This document shows, one piece after another, positions 28,183 through 37,302 of a stretch of DNA of 61,594 nucleotides (position 1 is the stretch's first letter; each line of letters opens with the position of its first letter). Both the position numbers and the translations under genes were made by a program. The notes beneath the pieces were generated by a model that saw only the letters and a list, made by a program, of their open reading frames with translations, searched no databases and was not told the DNA's origin. The DNA is from a virus. Taxonomy: Duplodnaviria > Caudoviricetes. The stretch is from the IMG/VR virus record IMGVR_UViG_3300023440_000006, positions 1 to 61,594 of that record; one strand, given 5' to 3'.

Positions 28183-28590
28183 TCACATTCTAGTTAATGT
28201 ACTCCAATCAAAGTACACAGCAAAAACGTCTACTTGCCGCCATGGTCTTTGAAGCAGCTCCAGAAGAGTGTGGTAGGGTGCCGACCAAAAATTCCATATA
28301 ATTAGATTGGTTTGTGAAGGAATAGAAAGGGAGCCGTACTTCATTTCTACGGCTGATTCTATGTTCAGCATATCTACCTGTAGTATTTTTGATGCCAATC
28401 GGCTAGCGTCAACACCACTGGTCATAACGACGAATGACCTATCCTTGAACTGAAGGATAAGGTCACGCACCTTGATATCAGTCTGAATTTGTGAATCACT
28501 TAGATGAATAGTTAATGGTGCGTTAGCTTCAAGTGTCAGAAGCCGATGCCTGGACTTACCAGTCATGAGTGTAAACCATTCTTCAGGCAA
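28183..28590 (-). CDS. hypothetical protein
   Basis: Packed ORF. Confidence 0.55.
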   Translation of the reverse strand: MPEEWFTLMTGKSRHRLLTLEANAPLTIHLSDSQIQTDIKVRDLILQFKDRSFVVMTSGVDASRLASKILQVDMLNIESAVEMKYGSLSIPSQTNLIIWNFWSAPYHTLLELLQRPWRQVDVFAVYFDWSTLTRM

Positions 28591-28595
28591 TCATA

Positions 28596-29324
28596 TCAAC
28601 TCTCTGCAAATACCTTAAAAGCTTTTTTAGATTTTTTGCCCCAGTAACCATCGATTCTTCCACCATACAAACCTTCTGATTTTAGAGTTTGTTGTACTCG
28701 CTTGGTAACGCTGTCTCTTATATAGTCAAGATCAACAGCCATTCCGGGGCAGGTCTTTCTTAGTCTTTTGGAACCCTTCTGCAATGTCCAACCAGTCCCC
28801 TTGAGCTCTCTGTGCCCAAAGATTTGTACAGGTGATACTAGTTCTGCAAGGCAAAGCTTATGGAGAAGATCCAGTAGGCGCTCAATAGCTGTGCTTGTTG
28901 GTCTGTTTGCACTATTCGGTGGTAAATCAGTACCTACACCTTGGGACCTAGCTTTCTCCCACTTGTTATCACCCTTATAGTTGAGAGCTAGTGCGAGACT
29001 TTTACGGTTGTGGTTACCCGCGTGCCACGTAACAATTGAGTGATTAACGCATTTATCAACATCTCCAGACTGATGGATAAGGTAGTGGTAAGTAATTGTT
29101 GGGCAACCTGTTTTAGAAATATGATTAGGACCGATGTCATATTTTGCGAGACCCCTTGCGGTAACTACACCGTCTGTCATGTGAACTACAAGCTTATTGA
29201 TTTTAGTTTGTTTTGTAGGCTTTTTTGTAGGATGAACTGGTAGAGTATCACTCAGGTCAGTAACATCCTCTGCATCAAGAATTTCTTGATTGTAGTCTCT
29301 TTTTGTAATCTCGTTGCTGTTCAT
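28596..29324 (-). CDS. N-acetylmuramoyl-L-alanine amidase (endolysin) with C-terminal peptidoglycan-binding domain
   Basis: LVVHMT, YHYLI, WHAG..N, GHRE, KTCPG, then VQQTL...GLY.G.IDGYWG; ATG 29324 has an AGGAGG SD. Confidence 0.88.
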   Translation of the reverse strand: MNSNEITKRDYNQEILDAEDVTDLSDTLPVHPTKKPTKQTKINKLVVHMTDGVVTARGLAKYDIGPNHISKTGCPTITYHYLIHQSGDVDKCVNHSIVTWHAGNHNRKSLALALNYKGDNKWEKARSQGVGTDLPPNSANRPTSTAIERLLDLLHKLCLAELVSPVQIFGHRELKGTGWTLQKGSKRLRKTCPGMAVDLDYIRDSVTKRVQQTLKSEGLYGGRIDGYWGKKSKKAFKVFAES

Positions 29325-29826
29325 AACATTTCCTCCTATATTCTCTGGCTTTAATGAGCTGTTGTTGCCTGTAGGTCTCTTCTTTGGTCCTTGAGGGGGT
29401 AATAGCTTTGGGCTGAATAGGTTGTTTAGATACTTTGTTAGCATTATATAGCTCCTGCAAAAAAATGGCATCTAGTTTTTTCTCATCTGTATATGGAATT
29501 ATTATGTACGTCCAATTGTGTAAATCTGCTATTTCTTCTTTTTTGCTATCTCGTGACTGTTGAGCCTGAAAAGCAAGTAGGGCCTCACCAGCCTCCTCTC
29601 CAAAGCTTTGCACTTTATAATGCTGAATGCCATGGCATTCGATAATTACTGCGAGATCATAAATAACCCAATCATATCTCTCTGTGCCATATGCCCATGA
29701 AGGGAATAGGGTAGAAACGGGGACCTCTTGCTCTGATCTAAATCCCTTCCAGGGCGAGTGAGAGGTAAGGATCTCTCCTATCTTTTTGTGAAGTCTTGAT
29801 GCATTCTTTGCATATTCTGTTTTCAT
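29275..29826 (-). CDS. DUF559/Vsr-like endonuclease
   Basis: RYDW.I....VIIECHGIQHY...RD..K.......IIPY. Confidence 0.7.
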   Translation of the reverse strand: MKTEYAKNASRLHKKIGEILTSHSPWKGFRSEQEVPVSTLFPSWAYGTERYDWVIYDLAVIIECHGIQHYKVQSFGEEAGEALLAFQAQQSRDSKKEEIADLHNWTYIIIPYTDEKKLDAIFLQELYNANKVSKQPIQPKAITPSRTKEETYRQQQLIKAREYRRKCYEQQRDYKKRLQSRNS

Positions 29827-29904
29827 ATCTAATCGATTCCATTCTTATTAATTCTGTATATAAGTGTTCAATCTGTATTAATAAGTCTTCATTCTTACCC
29901 TGTT

Positions 29905-30237
29905 CTACCGGGTCATTCCAGGTGGTTGTGTCCATTCAGATCTTCCCATATCAATTAGTTTTTCTGCAATCTTTTTAATATCTCTTAATCCCTCTTTATC
30001 ACAGAACTCAGATAGATCATTTGCAAGCGCATCATCTTGGATAAATTTAAGGTTTGCCCAAACATCCTTATCAAAGTCCTTTGTTTCGAGTACAACTTCT
30101 TCGATATACATTTTTGCAGTCGATCGATCCACCATTAAGATGAATTCTCTTAAACCATATCCAATTGTTGCTACATGCAACATATGTTGATTGCCTGGCA
30201 ATAGAAATAAATTTGTGTTTTTCAATATGAAACGCAT
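29905..30237 (-). CDS. hypothetical protein
   Basis: Packed ORF. Confidence 0.65.
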   Translation of the reverse strand: MRFILKNTNLFLLPGNQHMLHVATIGYGLREFILMVDRSTAKMYIEEVVLETKDFDKDVWANLKFIQDDALANDLSEFCDKEGLRDIKKIAEKLIDMGRSEWTQPPGMTR

Positions 30238-30333
30238 AATTTAATCCATTCGTTATATCATCTATAGCTGTTAGGCTTTATATCATTAAAGAATTACAAA
30301 TCTGCTATTTGTAACTAAGGTGCGATATGCTTG

Positions 30334-30729
30334 TTATGAATCACTTTTTACTTCATCACTTGTCTTATCGCGATCATCTACCTTACGTCGACCGCCCCAT
30401 TTCTCTTCTGGTTCCTCAAGGGTATCTAAAAGCTCATCATACTTCTTCGCTTCTGGATGATTAAATGTACGATTGACAGGAGGTTCGTGCAGCTCTCCAC
30501 ATCGAATACATCTCAAAATTGAGTAAGAGACTTCCATAAGTGGATTTTGGCCGATTGTGCCAATTTTATTTGCATCGAATTGTGCTACCTGAACAGTCTC
30601 AAACCATTTAGATCCACATTCCGCACATATGATAAGCTCTTGCTTAGGGCCTCTCATAGCAGCTATTTGCTGCCTTTCGAAATCACTAAACTGCATCATT
30701 CCCCTTTTAAAACCATTCCTCTGCATCAT
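30334..30729 (-). CDS. Zn-ribbon protein
   Basis: CAECGS ... CIRCG; alternative start at 30699. Confidence 0.65.
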   Translation of the reverse strand: MMQRNGFKRGMMQFSDFERQQIAAMRGPKQELIICAECGSKWFETVQVAQFDANKIGTIGQNPLMEVSYSILRCIRCGELHEPPVNRTFNHPEAKKYDELLDTLEEPEEKWGGRRKVDDRDKTSDEVKSDS

Positions 30730-30892
30730 TTTTAGTCTCCTGCTCGGCCTCTTCCTGAGACTCCGCTATTTTTGTGTTATGGGTCTGAACCTCGCTAGGC
30801 TAGCGAGCGAGCATAATGACAGTGACTCTCAAGAGCACCGACATCCACGGCGACGGGCGGCTTTTTGACGACAGCCCTGGTCTCCAACTTGG

Positions 30893-31105
30893 TCACTCCT
30901 CGTTCCAAAACAGCTCGAGCTGTTTGGCCTCCTGCTGCGCCGAATCTGCTATGTCGCGTCCAGCCCACTGCCAGTCGCGACTGATTAGGTATTGGTCCAA
31001 GGCAACGCTCCGAAGACGGGGAGTAGAGCCTGGAAAGTCCATCGCCCGCGAGATGCCACTGGTGAACCCTGCCTTCTGAGTCTTCTTCTTAGTGCCGTGC
31101 ATCAT
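30893..31105 (-). CDS. small hypothetical protein in the GC-rich island
   Basis: MMHGTKKK...LFWNEE; GGGGTG SD; overlaps the upstream ORF. Confidence 0.4.
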   Translation of the reverse strand: MMHGTKKKTQKAGFTSGISRAMDFPGSTPRLRSVALDQYLISRDWQWAGRDIADSAQQEAKQLELFWNEE

Positions 31106-31295
31106 GCTCACCCCGTGTCGAGCCTTCCTCAATCGGATGTGGAGGGATACATGGTTGCACGTCAGGGTCGGCGCATGGCTGCACGCTAGGGTCAGGGTCC
31201 TTATCATCGTTAAACTCGAAGATATCTCCCTCGGGTTCGGAGGAACTATCTTTCAGTACACCTACGATTTTCCCATTCTTTTTAAATTTCAACAT
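31089..31295 (-). CDS. small protein with DPxVQPC repeat
   Basis: MLKFKKNG...DPSVQPCADPDVQPC; starts 5 nt after the upstream stop. Confidence 0.55.
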   Translation of the reverse strand: MLKFKKNGKIVGVLKDSSSEPEGDIFEFNDDKDPDPSVQPCADPDVQPCIPPHPIEEGSTRGEHDARH

Positions 31296-31299
31296 AATA

Positions 31300-32052
31300 T
31301 CACCAACTACAAATTTGTTTATATGGACATGAGCCACACATACTGGTTATAGATGGGTGATAGATCTGGTGCTTAATGCTGCCAGTAGCCCATTGTATAG
31401 CGCGCTCTGTCTTATATATGAAGTCATTATAGTCTTGAATGATCAATGTGTCAGTAAACACTGATATACTAGATGAGGTGCGTTTTAGGATACGAACGAA
31501 TTGTATCTGATCAACCTTAACGCCTTCTTGCTTTAGCATCCAAACCTTAGATTTAATAGATAAGGCATTAACAGCTTCACGGACATCCTTGAATTTATCA
31601 GTAATCTCTATTACTTTAATCTGATTAGGCGCGATGGTGATTGCATCAATTCCCCCTGTGATGTTTACTCCAGTCCCTGGCACACGAGATTCAAGCCACA
31701 GATTATGTATGCATGCTGTGGATCCTCCTCTAAAGTTTCTTAGGTACCAGTTTCTTATCTGTCCGAGACAAGATAGTGCGACTGATCTATAGTCGCTAAC
31801 TGGAATATCTTTATCCAGTAGAGGGGCGAGGCTTTCATGCACACGTCCACGCACTGTCTTCCAGGCTATTTCTTTTTCTAGGTTTGATAAGTCTCTATAG
31901 CAGCTAAGAATTACAGAGCGTAATGGATTGTATAAATAATGACTTTTTCGAATCTCATGATTCGTCCAGTTATACTTTGCATAGTTTGGACACTTAATAT
32001 AGTCATCTAAGTGCCTTACTCTTACAGGTTTTTCATTGAGTTTCAATTTCAT
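31300..32052 (-). CDS. Cas4/AddB-like PD-(D/E)xK-fold protein, possibly inactive
   Basis: N-terminal YIKCP plus C-terminal CGSCPYKQIC (4-Cys staple); G.IDAI...VIEIT lacks the catalytic Lys. Confidence 0.65.
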   Translation of the reverse strand: MKLKLNEKPVRVRHLDDYIKCPNYAKYNWTNHEIRKSHYLYNPLRSVILSCYRDLSNLEKEIAWKTVRGRVHESLAPLLDKDIPVSDYRSVALSCLGQIRNWYLRNFRGGSTACIHNLWLESRVPGTGVNITGGIDAITIAPNQIKVIEITDKFKDVREAVNALSIKSKVWMLKQEGVKVDQIQFVRILKRTSSSISVFTDTLIIQDYNDFIYKTERAIQWATGSIKHQIYHPSITSMCGSCPYKQICSW

Positions 32053-32518
32053 CTACATGAATTGTTTTGAACTGAATTACATTCTTTGTAAGTAATGCTT
32101 TCAGCTTCCTTTGGTCGGGTGTTAAACGTGAATACTTCCCGGTTTTAATATCGATGAAATGGACGCAGCCTTCTAGGTCATCTTTTGGAAATTTAATAGC
32201 CATGAAGTCTACGATTGTTCCAAGTGGTATGATCTTATCATACTCTGCTTTCATTGATATATAGCCTATAAGTTCTCCTAGCTTACCCTTATGTGTATTA
32301 ACAGTGCCAGTAATAGAGTTAACTATTATATCTGGTAGCCCACCTAATTTTTTAGCCAAGCGAGCTTCAGTACCAGATAAGTCAACCTTAATCTCAGGAG
32401 CTCTTTCTTCTAGTTTTTTTAGCATCTTGAGTTCTTCAAGGATCTTAACACCCAGAATGACTAAACAGATAAAAGCAAGTAGAAGAAAGAATAAAACTCC
32501 GAATAAAGCTGCTTCCAT
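32033..32518 (-). CDS. membrane-anchored Holliday-junction-resolvase-related endonuclease (Endonuc_Holl type)
   Basis: N-terminal transmembrane helix; KG..GE, LG..VDF, FIDIKTG...LT..Q. Confidence 0.7.
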   Translation of the reverse strand: MEAALFGVLFFLLLAFICLVILGVKILEELKMLKKLEERAPEIKVDLSGTEARLAKKLGGLPDIIVNSITGTVNTHKGKLGELIGYISMKAEYDKIIPLGTIVDFMAIKFPKDDLEGCVHFIDIKTGKYSRLTPDQRKLKALLTKNVIQFKTIHVDEIETQ

Positions 32519-32856
32519 TAAATCCTCTCAAGCTGGGAAAGAAGAACAGTATATCCTTCTCGGAATTTTGGATGAATACGTTTTGGGCTAGCTGCGAAAA
32601 TCATTTCGTGCTGTTTAAACTTAGCAATATTTATAGTCCCATCTTTGTTGAGATAACCTAGCTCACCTAGTTGCCAAGTTCCTACAACAGTTCCCTTCTT
32701 TCTCGTGACAATCTGCTTGTCAACTCTTGTAACCTGCCCTTCTCGAGTAGCGATAAATAGTGGATTTTTTGCCTTTCCACTAAAAAAGCTTTCAGGTAAG
32801 TCTTTAATATTGCTGATGTTGCTGTAATCCGATGTTACGCTTTCAACCTGCATCAT
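32518..32856 (-). CDS. hypothetical protein
   Basis: ATG 32856 with TAGGAG SD (track ORF extends to 32997). Confidence 0.6.
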   Translation of the reverse strand: MMQVESVTSDYSNISNIKDLPESFFSGKAKNPLFIATREGQVTRVDKQIVTRKKGTVVGTWQLGELGYLNKDGTINIAKFKQHEMIFAASPKRIHPKFREGYTVLLSQLERI

Positions 32857-32866
32857 TTCTCCTACT

Positions 32867-33058
32867 CTACTGCTGGGCTCTCCATTTAGACCAAGATACA
32901 TGCCCACCCTTTCCTGTTCCTGCAGACAGGATTTTATTAAGTTTATCAGAACCACACTTCTCACACTTAATCTCTTGATTTTCATCTCTGCTATCAAGTA
33001 GGATTTCAGTTACATGTTTACACTCCGTACATTTGAAATCTTGTATCCTAAAGCTCAT
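32867..33058 (-). CDS. FmdB-type zinc-ribbon protein
   Basis: DFKCTECKH..E...CEKCGS..L.KILS. Confidence 0.8.
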   Translation of the reverse strand: MSFRIQDFKCTECKHVTEILLDSRDENQEIKCEKCGSDKLNKILSAGTGKGGHVSWSKWRAQQ

Positions 33059-35526
33059 GAAGTGAACCCTCCAGTTGGCAATACGTTACGCCGATTATTA
33101 GAGTTATTGTTAATCACCGCTTCTCTTTCAGCCAATGCAACATCAAGAGGATGTGGCTTAAAGTCTGAACTAGGCGGATGGAATTTGAAGTAGATACTGC
33201 TTTTAAATGAGCTGATCTTGTTCTTCCCGACAATCATTTCAATAATAGGACGCCGAGTAGCTCCATTTCTCTGGGGCGCCATGTGATATGTATGCTCTTC
33301 AGCCCTATCACCCTTTTCGTGCATCTCATTATATAGGTGACAGATAAGGTTAGCATCATATTCCATCTGTACAGTCTCAGAAATATTGTCGTTAGTAGGA
33401 CGTGTACCAGCAGGTAGCTTAGTATATTCCATAGTACAGAACACAGGGATATGGAATCTAGTAGCCATGTTTTTAACTACTGTTGACATGATTTTAAATC
33501 TAGTTCTTTCATCTCCCATGCTCTCGAAGTCACGCAGTTTGTGAAAGTTGTCTAGAATATAGACAATCTGCCGATCTGGATATTTGTCCTGATAGTATTT
33601 AATCAGAGACTCCGCATAACCAAGAGACATGCCGTCATTAGCATCCTTAATCACTAGACGGCCTTTTCTTGTAAGATCTATAAGTCCTGAATAACCAGCT
33701 TCGCGGCGATATTTGATATCGTCTCCAACGATGTCTCCCTCGTGGCGCCTATAGAATTCTGGGTTTTTAACTTCATTAATCTGCAGCTCTGTGCTGCCCT
33801 CTGAGATACAGACAAATTTTGGGAGTACCTGTTCCTTAGTGTCGTCAATAGTGTGATAGATAACGCAAGCATTATTTTCCTTTTCGTGCACTGCAATTGA
33901 GTGTGCAATCTTGCACATTAAAGAAGTTTTGCCAGTATTAGCCTTTCCACCTACAACCAGCATTACATCCTTGCGACAGTCACCAGCTAGAACAATCTCT
34001 TGTAGCTCGTGTAAATCTTCGCCAAGTACAAAGCCCTGAAATTCACCAGTCCTCTCTTCCTCCTGACACTTCAGGTCTTGAATAAATCTTAGTGTACCTT
34101 CCTCAGAGAAGTTATCCTGATCATAGGCAGCTGAAAGGCTGTATAGTTTGCCTCCGGTCTCATTTAGAATTGTTTCTGCCTCAGACGGTGTCTTCTGTAA
34201 TTCACGAATAGCTTTATCAATAACAGACTGCCGCTCTCTATCTTTTTGACGTTCCTTGTCATTTACTAGACGGTTAAGCTCAGCCTGTAGCGTCTTAATA
34301 GAAAAGCCGGTATGCCGTGCCAAATCCTGGAGCATTTTTTCTTGAGAGATATGGGACGGCTCACTGACGACATGTGGAATCATCAGCTTACACATCTGCT
34401 CAGGATCTGCCTCTTCTTCAAACCGATTTAGTCTCCACTGAAAGGCTGTCCAAGGTACAAGCTCTTGGAAAGCCTCTACTCCAAAATGTCTAACATATTC
34501 GTCGGGATCATCTCCACCAGGGATGACAACAACCTTAACCGTAAGATCTTTATGTTGAGCAAAGCGCGTATCTAGAAGTGCTTCTGTTCTAGATTGTCCT
34601 GCTTCATCTCCATCCAAACAAAGTACTACATCGTAAATGCCGTGTTCTTTTAGAAGGAAAAGATGGTCATCAGTAAGGGCTGTACCACAAGCAGCAACAA
34701 CACGATTAAACCCATTTATCTGGCAGCTGACGACATCTGAATACCCCTCCATAATATAAAGAGGCCCCTCGTGTCGCTCTCTAAGGGCGTTATCAAGCCC
34801 ATAGAGTCGCTTACCCTTTTGATAGATGTTACACTTGACACCTGTGGTTTTCTGATTGACGTATTTAGGTCCTTCTTTGCCTAGATTGCGAGCAGCAAAA
34901 CCAACTGGACGACCAAATTCGTCTTTAATTGTGAAGATAAGGTGTCCAGGAGCGAAGATATCCTTGCGCCCAAGGTCTACATCATCTAGAAACTTAGCAG
35001 CAAATCCTAGTCCCTTAAGGTGTTCACGAAAGGTAGAGCTATCAGTTACAAAGCCGATGCCAAGCTTACGAAGGCTATCGTCAACCTCAAGCCATCCTCT
35101 GCGATCAAATTCTGCGCTGATATCATCAGGCTTATTTTTCCAGCCAGTGATGAATTCGTAGGCATATTTGTATGCTCGATAGGTGTCAAGCTCATACAGC
35201 TCTTCTTCGCTAAGCTCAGTATGCTCAATTTCAATGCCAAATTTTTCAGCCAGATACTGAAGTGTTTCAGTTATGTAGCCATTACCAGAAAGAGGCTTAC
35301 CTTCAAATAAATTAACTGCATCAAAAATGTCACCGGTTGCACCACACCCGTGACAGAAGAATCGCAGCTCATTAGGCCTAACGATGGACATGGATGGGCT
35401 TGAATCATTGTGATTTGGATGGATACACTTGAAGTTCTTATCAGTATCAATCCCCTGTTCTTGTAAATATTCAATTAGGTGCTTTTGAATCTTTTTAGTA
35501 GTTTCATCGAAATTCTTGATTTTCAT
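33055..35526 (-). CDS. dnaG: DnaG primase - DnaB-like helicase fusion
   Basis: CHC2 zinc finger (CIHPNH..SPS..CHGC), PKYVN, Toprim EGYSDV and CLDGDEAG; C-terminal GGKANTGKTS, ILDNF, EYDAN, KNK. Confidence 0.9.
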   Translation of the reverse strand: MKIKNFDETTKKIQKHLIEYLQEQGIDTDKNFKCIHPNHNDSSPSMSIVRPNELRFFCHGCGATGDIFDAVNLFEGKPLSGNGYITETLQYLAEKFGIEIEHTELSEEELYELDTYRAYKYAYEFITGWKNKPDDISAEFDRRGWLEVDDSLRKLGIGFVTDSSTFREHLKGLGFAAKFLDDVDLGRKDIFAPGHLIFTIKDEFGRPVGFAARNLGKEGPKYVNQKTTGVKCNIYQKGKRLYGLDNALRERHEGPLYIMEGYSDVVSCQINGFNRVVAACGTALTDDHLFLLKEHGIYDVVLCLDGDEAGQSRTEALLDTRFAQHKDLTVKVVVIPGGDDPDEYVRHFGVEAFQELVPWTAFQWRLNRFEEEADPEQMCKLMIPHVVSEPSHISQEKMLQDLARHTGFSIKTLQAELNRLVNDKERQKDRERQSVIDKAIRELQKTPSEAETILNETGGKLYSLSAAYDQDNFSEEGTLRFIQDLKCQEEERTGEFQGFVLGEDLHELQEIVLAGDCRKDVMLVVGGKANTGKTSLMCKIAHSIAVHEKENNACVIYHTIDDTKEQVLPKFVCISEGSTELQINEVKNPEFYRRHEGDIVGDDIKYRREAGYSGLIDLTRKGRLVIKDANDGMSLGYAESLIKYYQDKYPDRQIVYILDNFHKLRDFESMGDERTRFKIMSTVVKNMATRFHIPVFCTMEYTKLPAGTRPTNDNISETVQMEYDANLICHLYNEMHEKGDRAEEHTYHMAPQRNGATRRPIIEMIVGKNKISSFKSSIYFKFHPPSSDFKPHPLDVALAEREAVINNNSNNRRNVLPTGGFTS

Positions 35527-35543
35527 AACTCATCTTCTTTAGG

Positions 35544-36449
35544 TTAGAGTTGTAGAAGCCCCGCTTTCTCGAGGCTTTTTGCTTGATTACAGAAAGGAAG
35601 CGCTGAACAATAGCCGCACCGCTTTACTTTTCCGGGTCTATGCTGAACATACCCGTTTATATTTTTTTCTGATTTATAAGCGTAAGCGGCATCTTCACTA
35701 TCACATACCTTAGTGGCACGCTTGTTGCCGTTTTTATAAACCGCCCAAGTATCATCAGTTTGCCAAAGTTCCTCGGGGGTGCAGAATGGCAAATCATCGT
35801 CTGGAGTGTTCTCGTGCTCCTGCAGAACCTCCAGCTTCTTAATAATTCTATCCTCTGTAGCTTCTGGCTCAAGTAGCTTTACTCCATATCCAGGAAAAAT
35901 TCTTTGTTTTGGATAGTCGTCATCTTGGCGAGCTTTGCTCTTCTGCCAGTCAGTGAAGAAGAAGTCGATATAGCCAGTGCTTTTTATCTCCTGATAAGTT
36001 TCAGATAATAACCATCTATAGATGGACATTTGCTTTATGTAATCGTCATCTTTTCCACCATATATATAAGCCCAGGTAGAAGTAGTCTTTATATCTCGTA
36101 TAGTTACCGAACCATCCTCATTCTCTTGAAGTAGGTCATACTTGCCTGTAATGGTATATTCGGTTCCATTTACAACCAGATTTCTTCTAACTCTTTGTTC
36201 TTTTGAGAAACCAGGTGTATTGATGCGTTCAATGGAGTCATGAATTGCATTCCCAAATCGAGATGCAATCAGATCTGATACGTCCATTTGCAACTTGCTT
36301 GAATGTCTAAGAGTCAGAAGTCTAACTCGTACAGGCTTAAGCAAAGAGGTTGCAGATACAGTGTTGGGATTATCGTCGTAATCATAGTCATCATTCTCCA
36401 ACCAGTCTACGATATACTGGGGGAGATCTAATTTATTTGTAAAGATCAT
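35544..36449 (-). CDS. PD-(D/E)xK exonuclease (Cas4/RecB-like)
   Basis: SATSL, GNAIH, TGKYD, DIKTT, Q.SIY, C-terminal CGYC...FC. Confidence 0.8.
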   Translation of the reverse strand: MIFTNKLDLPQYIVDWLENDDYDYDDNPNTVSATSLLKPVRVRLLTLRHSSKLQMDVSDLIASRFGNAIHDSIERINTPGFSKEQRVRRNLVVNGTEYTITGKYDLLQENEDGSVTIRDIKTTSTWAYIYGGKDDDYIKQMSIYRWLLSETYQEIKSTGYIDFFFTDWQKSKARQDDDYPKQRIFPGYGVKLLEPEATEDRIIKKLEVLQEHENTPDDDLPFCTPEELWQTDDTWAVYKNGNKRATKVCDSEDAAYAYKSEKNINGYVQHRPGKVKRCGYCSALPFCNQAKSLEKAGLLQL

Positions 36450-36457
36450 CTATCGTC

Positions 36458-36652
36458 CTATTGCTTGATAGCGTTTAGCTGTGCTTGAAGGGACGCAACT
36501 TCTTTTTCTAGGGCATCGAGCTTCTTCTGGAATAGGCCTGAGATATGAGAAAGTTGACGCTTGGCTGCAAGGTTTTTGATTGCCTTGTTTATATCAGCTA
36601 ATCCATTTTCGATTCTTTGAATCCTTTGCTCTTCACTCTCGGTCAGTGCCAT
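36458..36652 (-). CDS. small coiled-coil protein
   Basis: Heptad pattern; GAGGA SD. Confidence 0.65.
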   Translation of the reverse strand: MALTESEEQRIQRIENGLADINKAIKNLAAKRQLSHISGLFQKKLDALEKEVASLQAQLNAIKQ

Positions 36653-36884
36653 TATTATCCTCTTTCTTCTGGGCCTTAGTGATAACGTATTTATTTCCTA
36701 CGTTACCCCCTAAATATAGTGTTAGGATGCCTAATACGCCAGCTACATATTGCGCATAGACGGCCTCCAGTCCCTCTAGCCCTTCTCTAGCAAAGAAACC
36801 AGCTGTAATCAAGGCTAAGCAAAGCAGGGCTAGTCGAAGCTTGCGTGATTTCCATTTGTTTGGATCGTTTGAATCTTCCAACAT
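36633..36884 (-). CDS. holin-like protein, 2 transmembrane helices
   Basis: W.SRK followed by two hydrophobic helices and Y.GGNV..K. Confidence 0.6.
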   Translation of the reverse strand: MLEDSNDPNKWKSRKLRLALLCLALITAGFFAREGLEGLEAVYAQYVAGVLGILTLYLGGNVGNKYVITKAQKKEDNNGTDRE

Positions 36885-37273
36885 TAGCCACCCCCATTAA
36901 GCACTGGAGAAAAGAACATAATTTTGACCGCTACGCCAATCATTGTAGTGCCAATAACACCTAAAATTCCTAAAACGATCTTGAATTTGGCTGAGACTTC
37001 ACTATGAGCCAGCTGTAGCTTATCTACTGAATCAACTAGCTTTTCATCAGCTTTGTCATGATGCTCGAGCCTGTTATTTAAGTGCTCAAGCGAAGTCTCC
37101 ATTTTTTGAAGAACTAAAAGACTTTGGTTTTGTGTATGTTTTACATCCCTAACATCAGATTGAATCTCTCCAACCCAGGAGCGGACGTTCTCTATGTCAT
37201 CGGCGTTTTTATCAGATCTTTCTTGTAGACGTACAATTTCAACAGCTGTAATTGTGCCATTGTCCACGGGCAT
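36884..37273 (-). CDS. coiled-coil protein with C-terminal transmembrane helix (XhlA/holin-associated type)
   Basis: Long coiled coil then IVLGILGVIGTTMIGVAV. Confidence 0.6.
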   Translation of the reverse strand: MPVDNGTITAVEIVRLQERSDKNADDIENVRSWVGEIQSDVRDVKHTQNQSLLVLQKMETSLEHLNNRLEHHDKADEKLVDSVDKLQLAHSEVSAKFKIVLGILGVIGTTMIGVAVKIMFFSPVLNGGG

Positions 37274-37302
37274 AAGGCATCACCATCGTCAATTATAGAC
37301 CT

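Noticed and set aside
29325-29471. Longer N-terminus for the amidase as given in the ORF track
   Set aside because: It overlaps the upstream nuclease gene; the strong AGGAGG SD supports ATG 29324.
30781-31050. tmRNA or RNase P RNA (GGGTCTGAAC start; GGAAAGTCC at about 31032)
   Set aside because: No matching T-arm/CCA end and no RNase P 3' P4 strand found.
31156-31170. 15-nt match to the reverse strand near 61500
   Set aside because: A match of this length is expected by chance in a window of this size.
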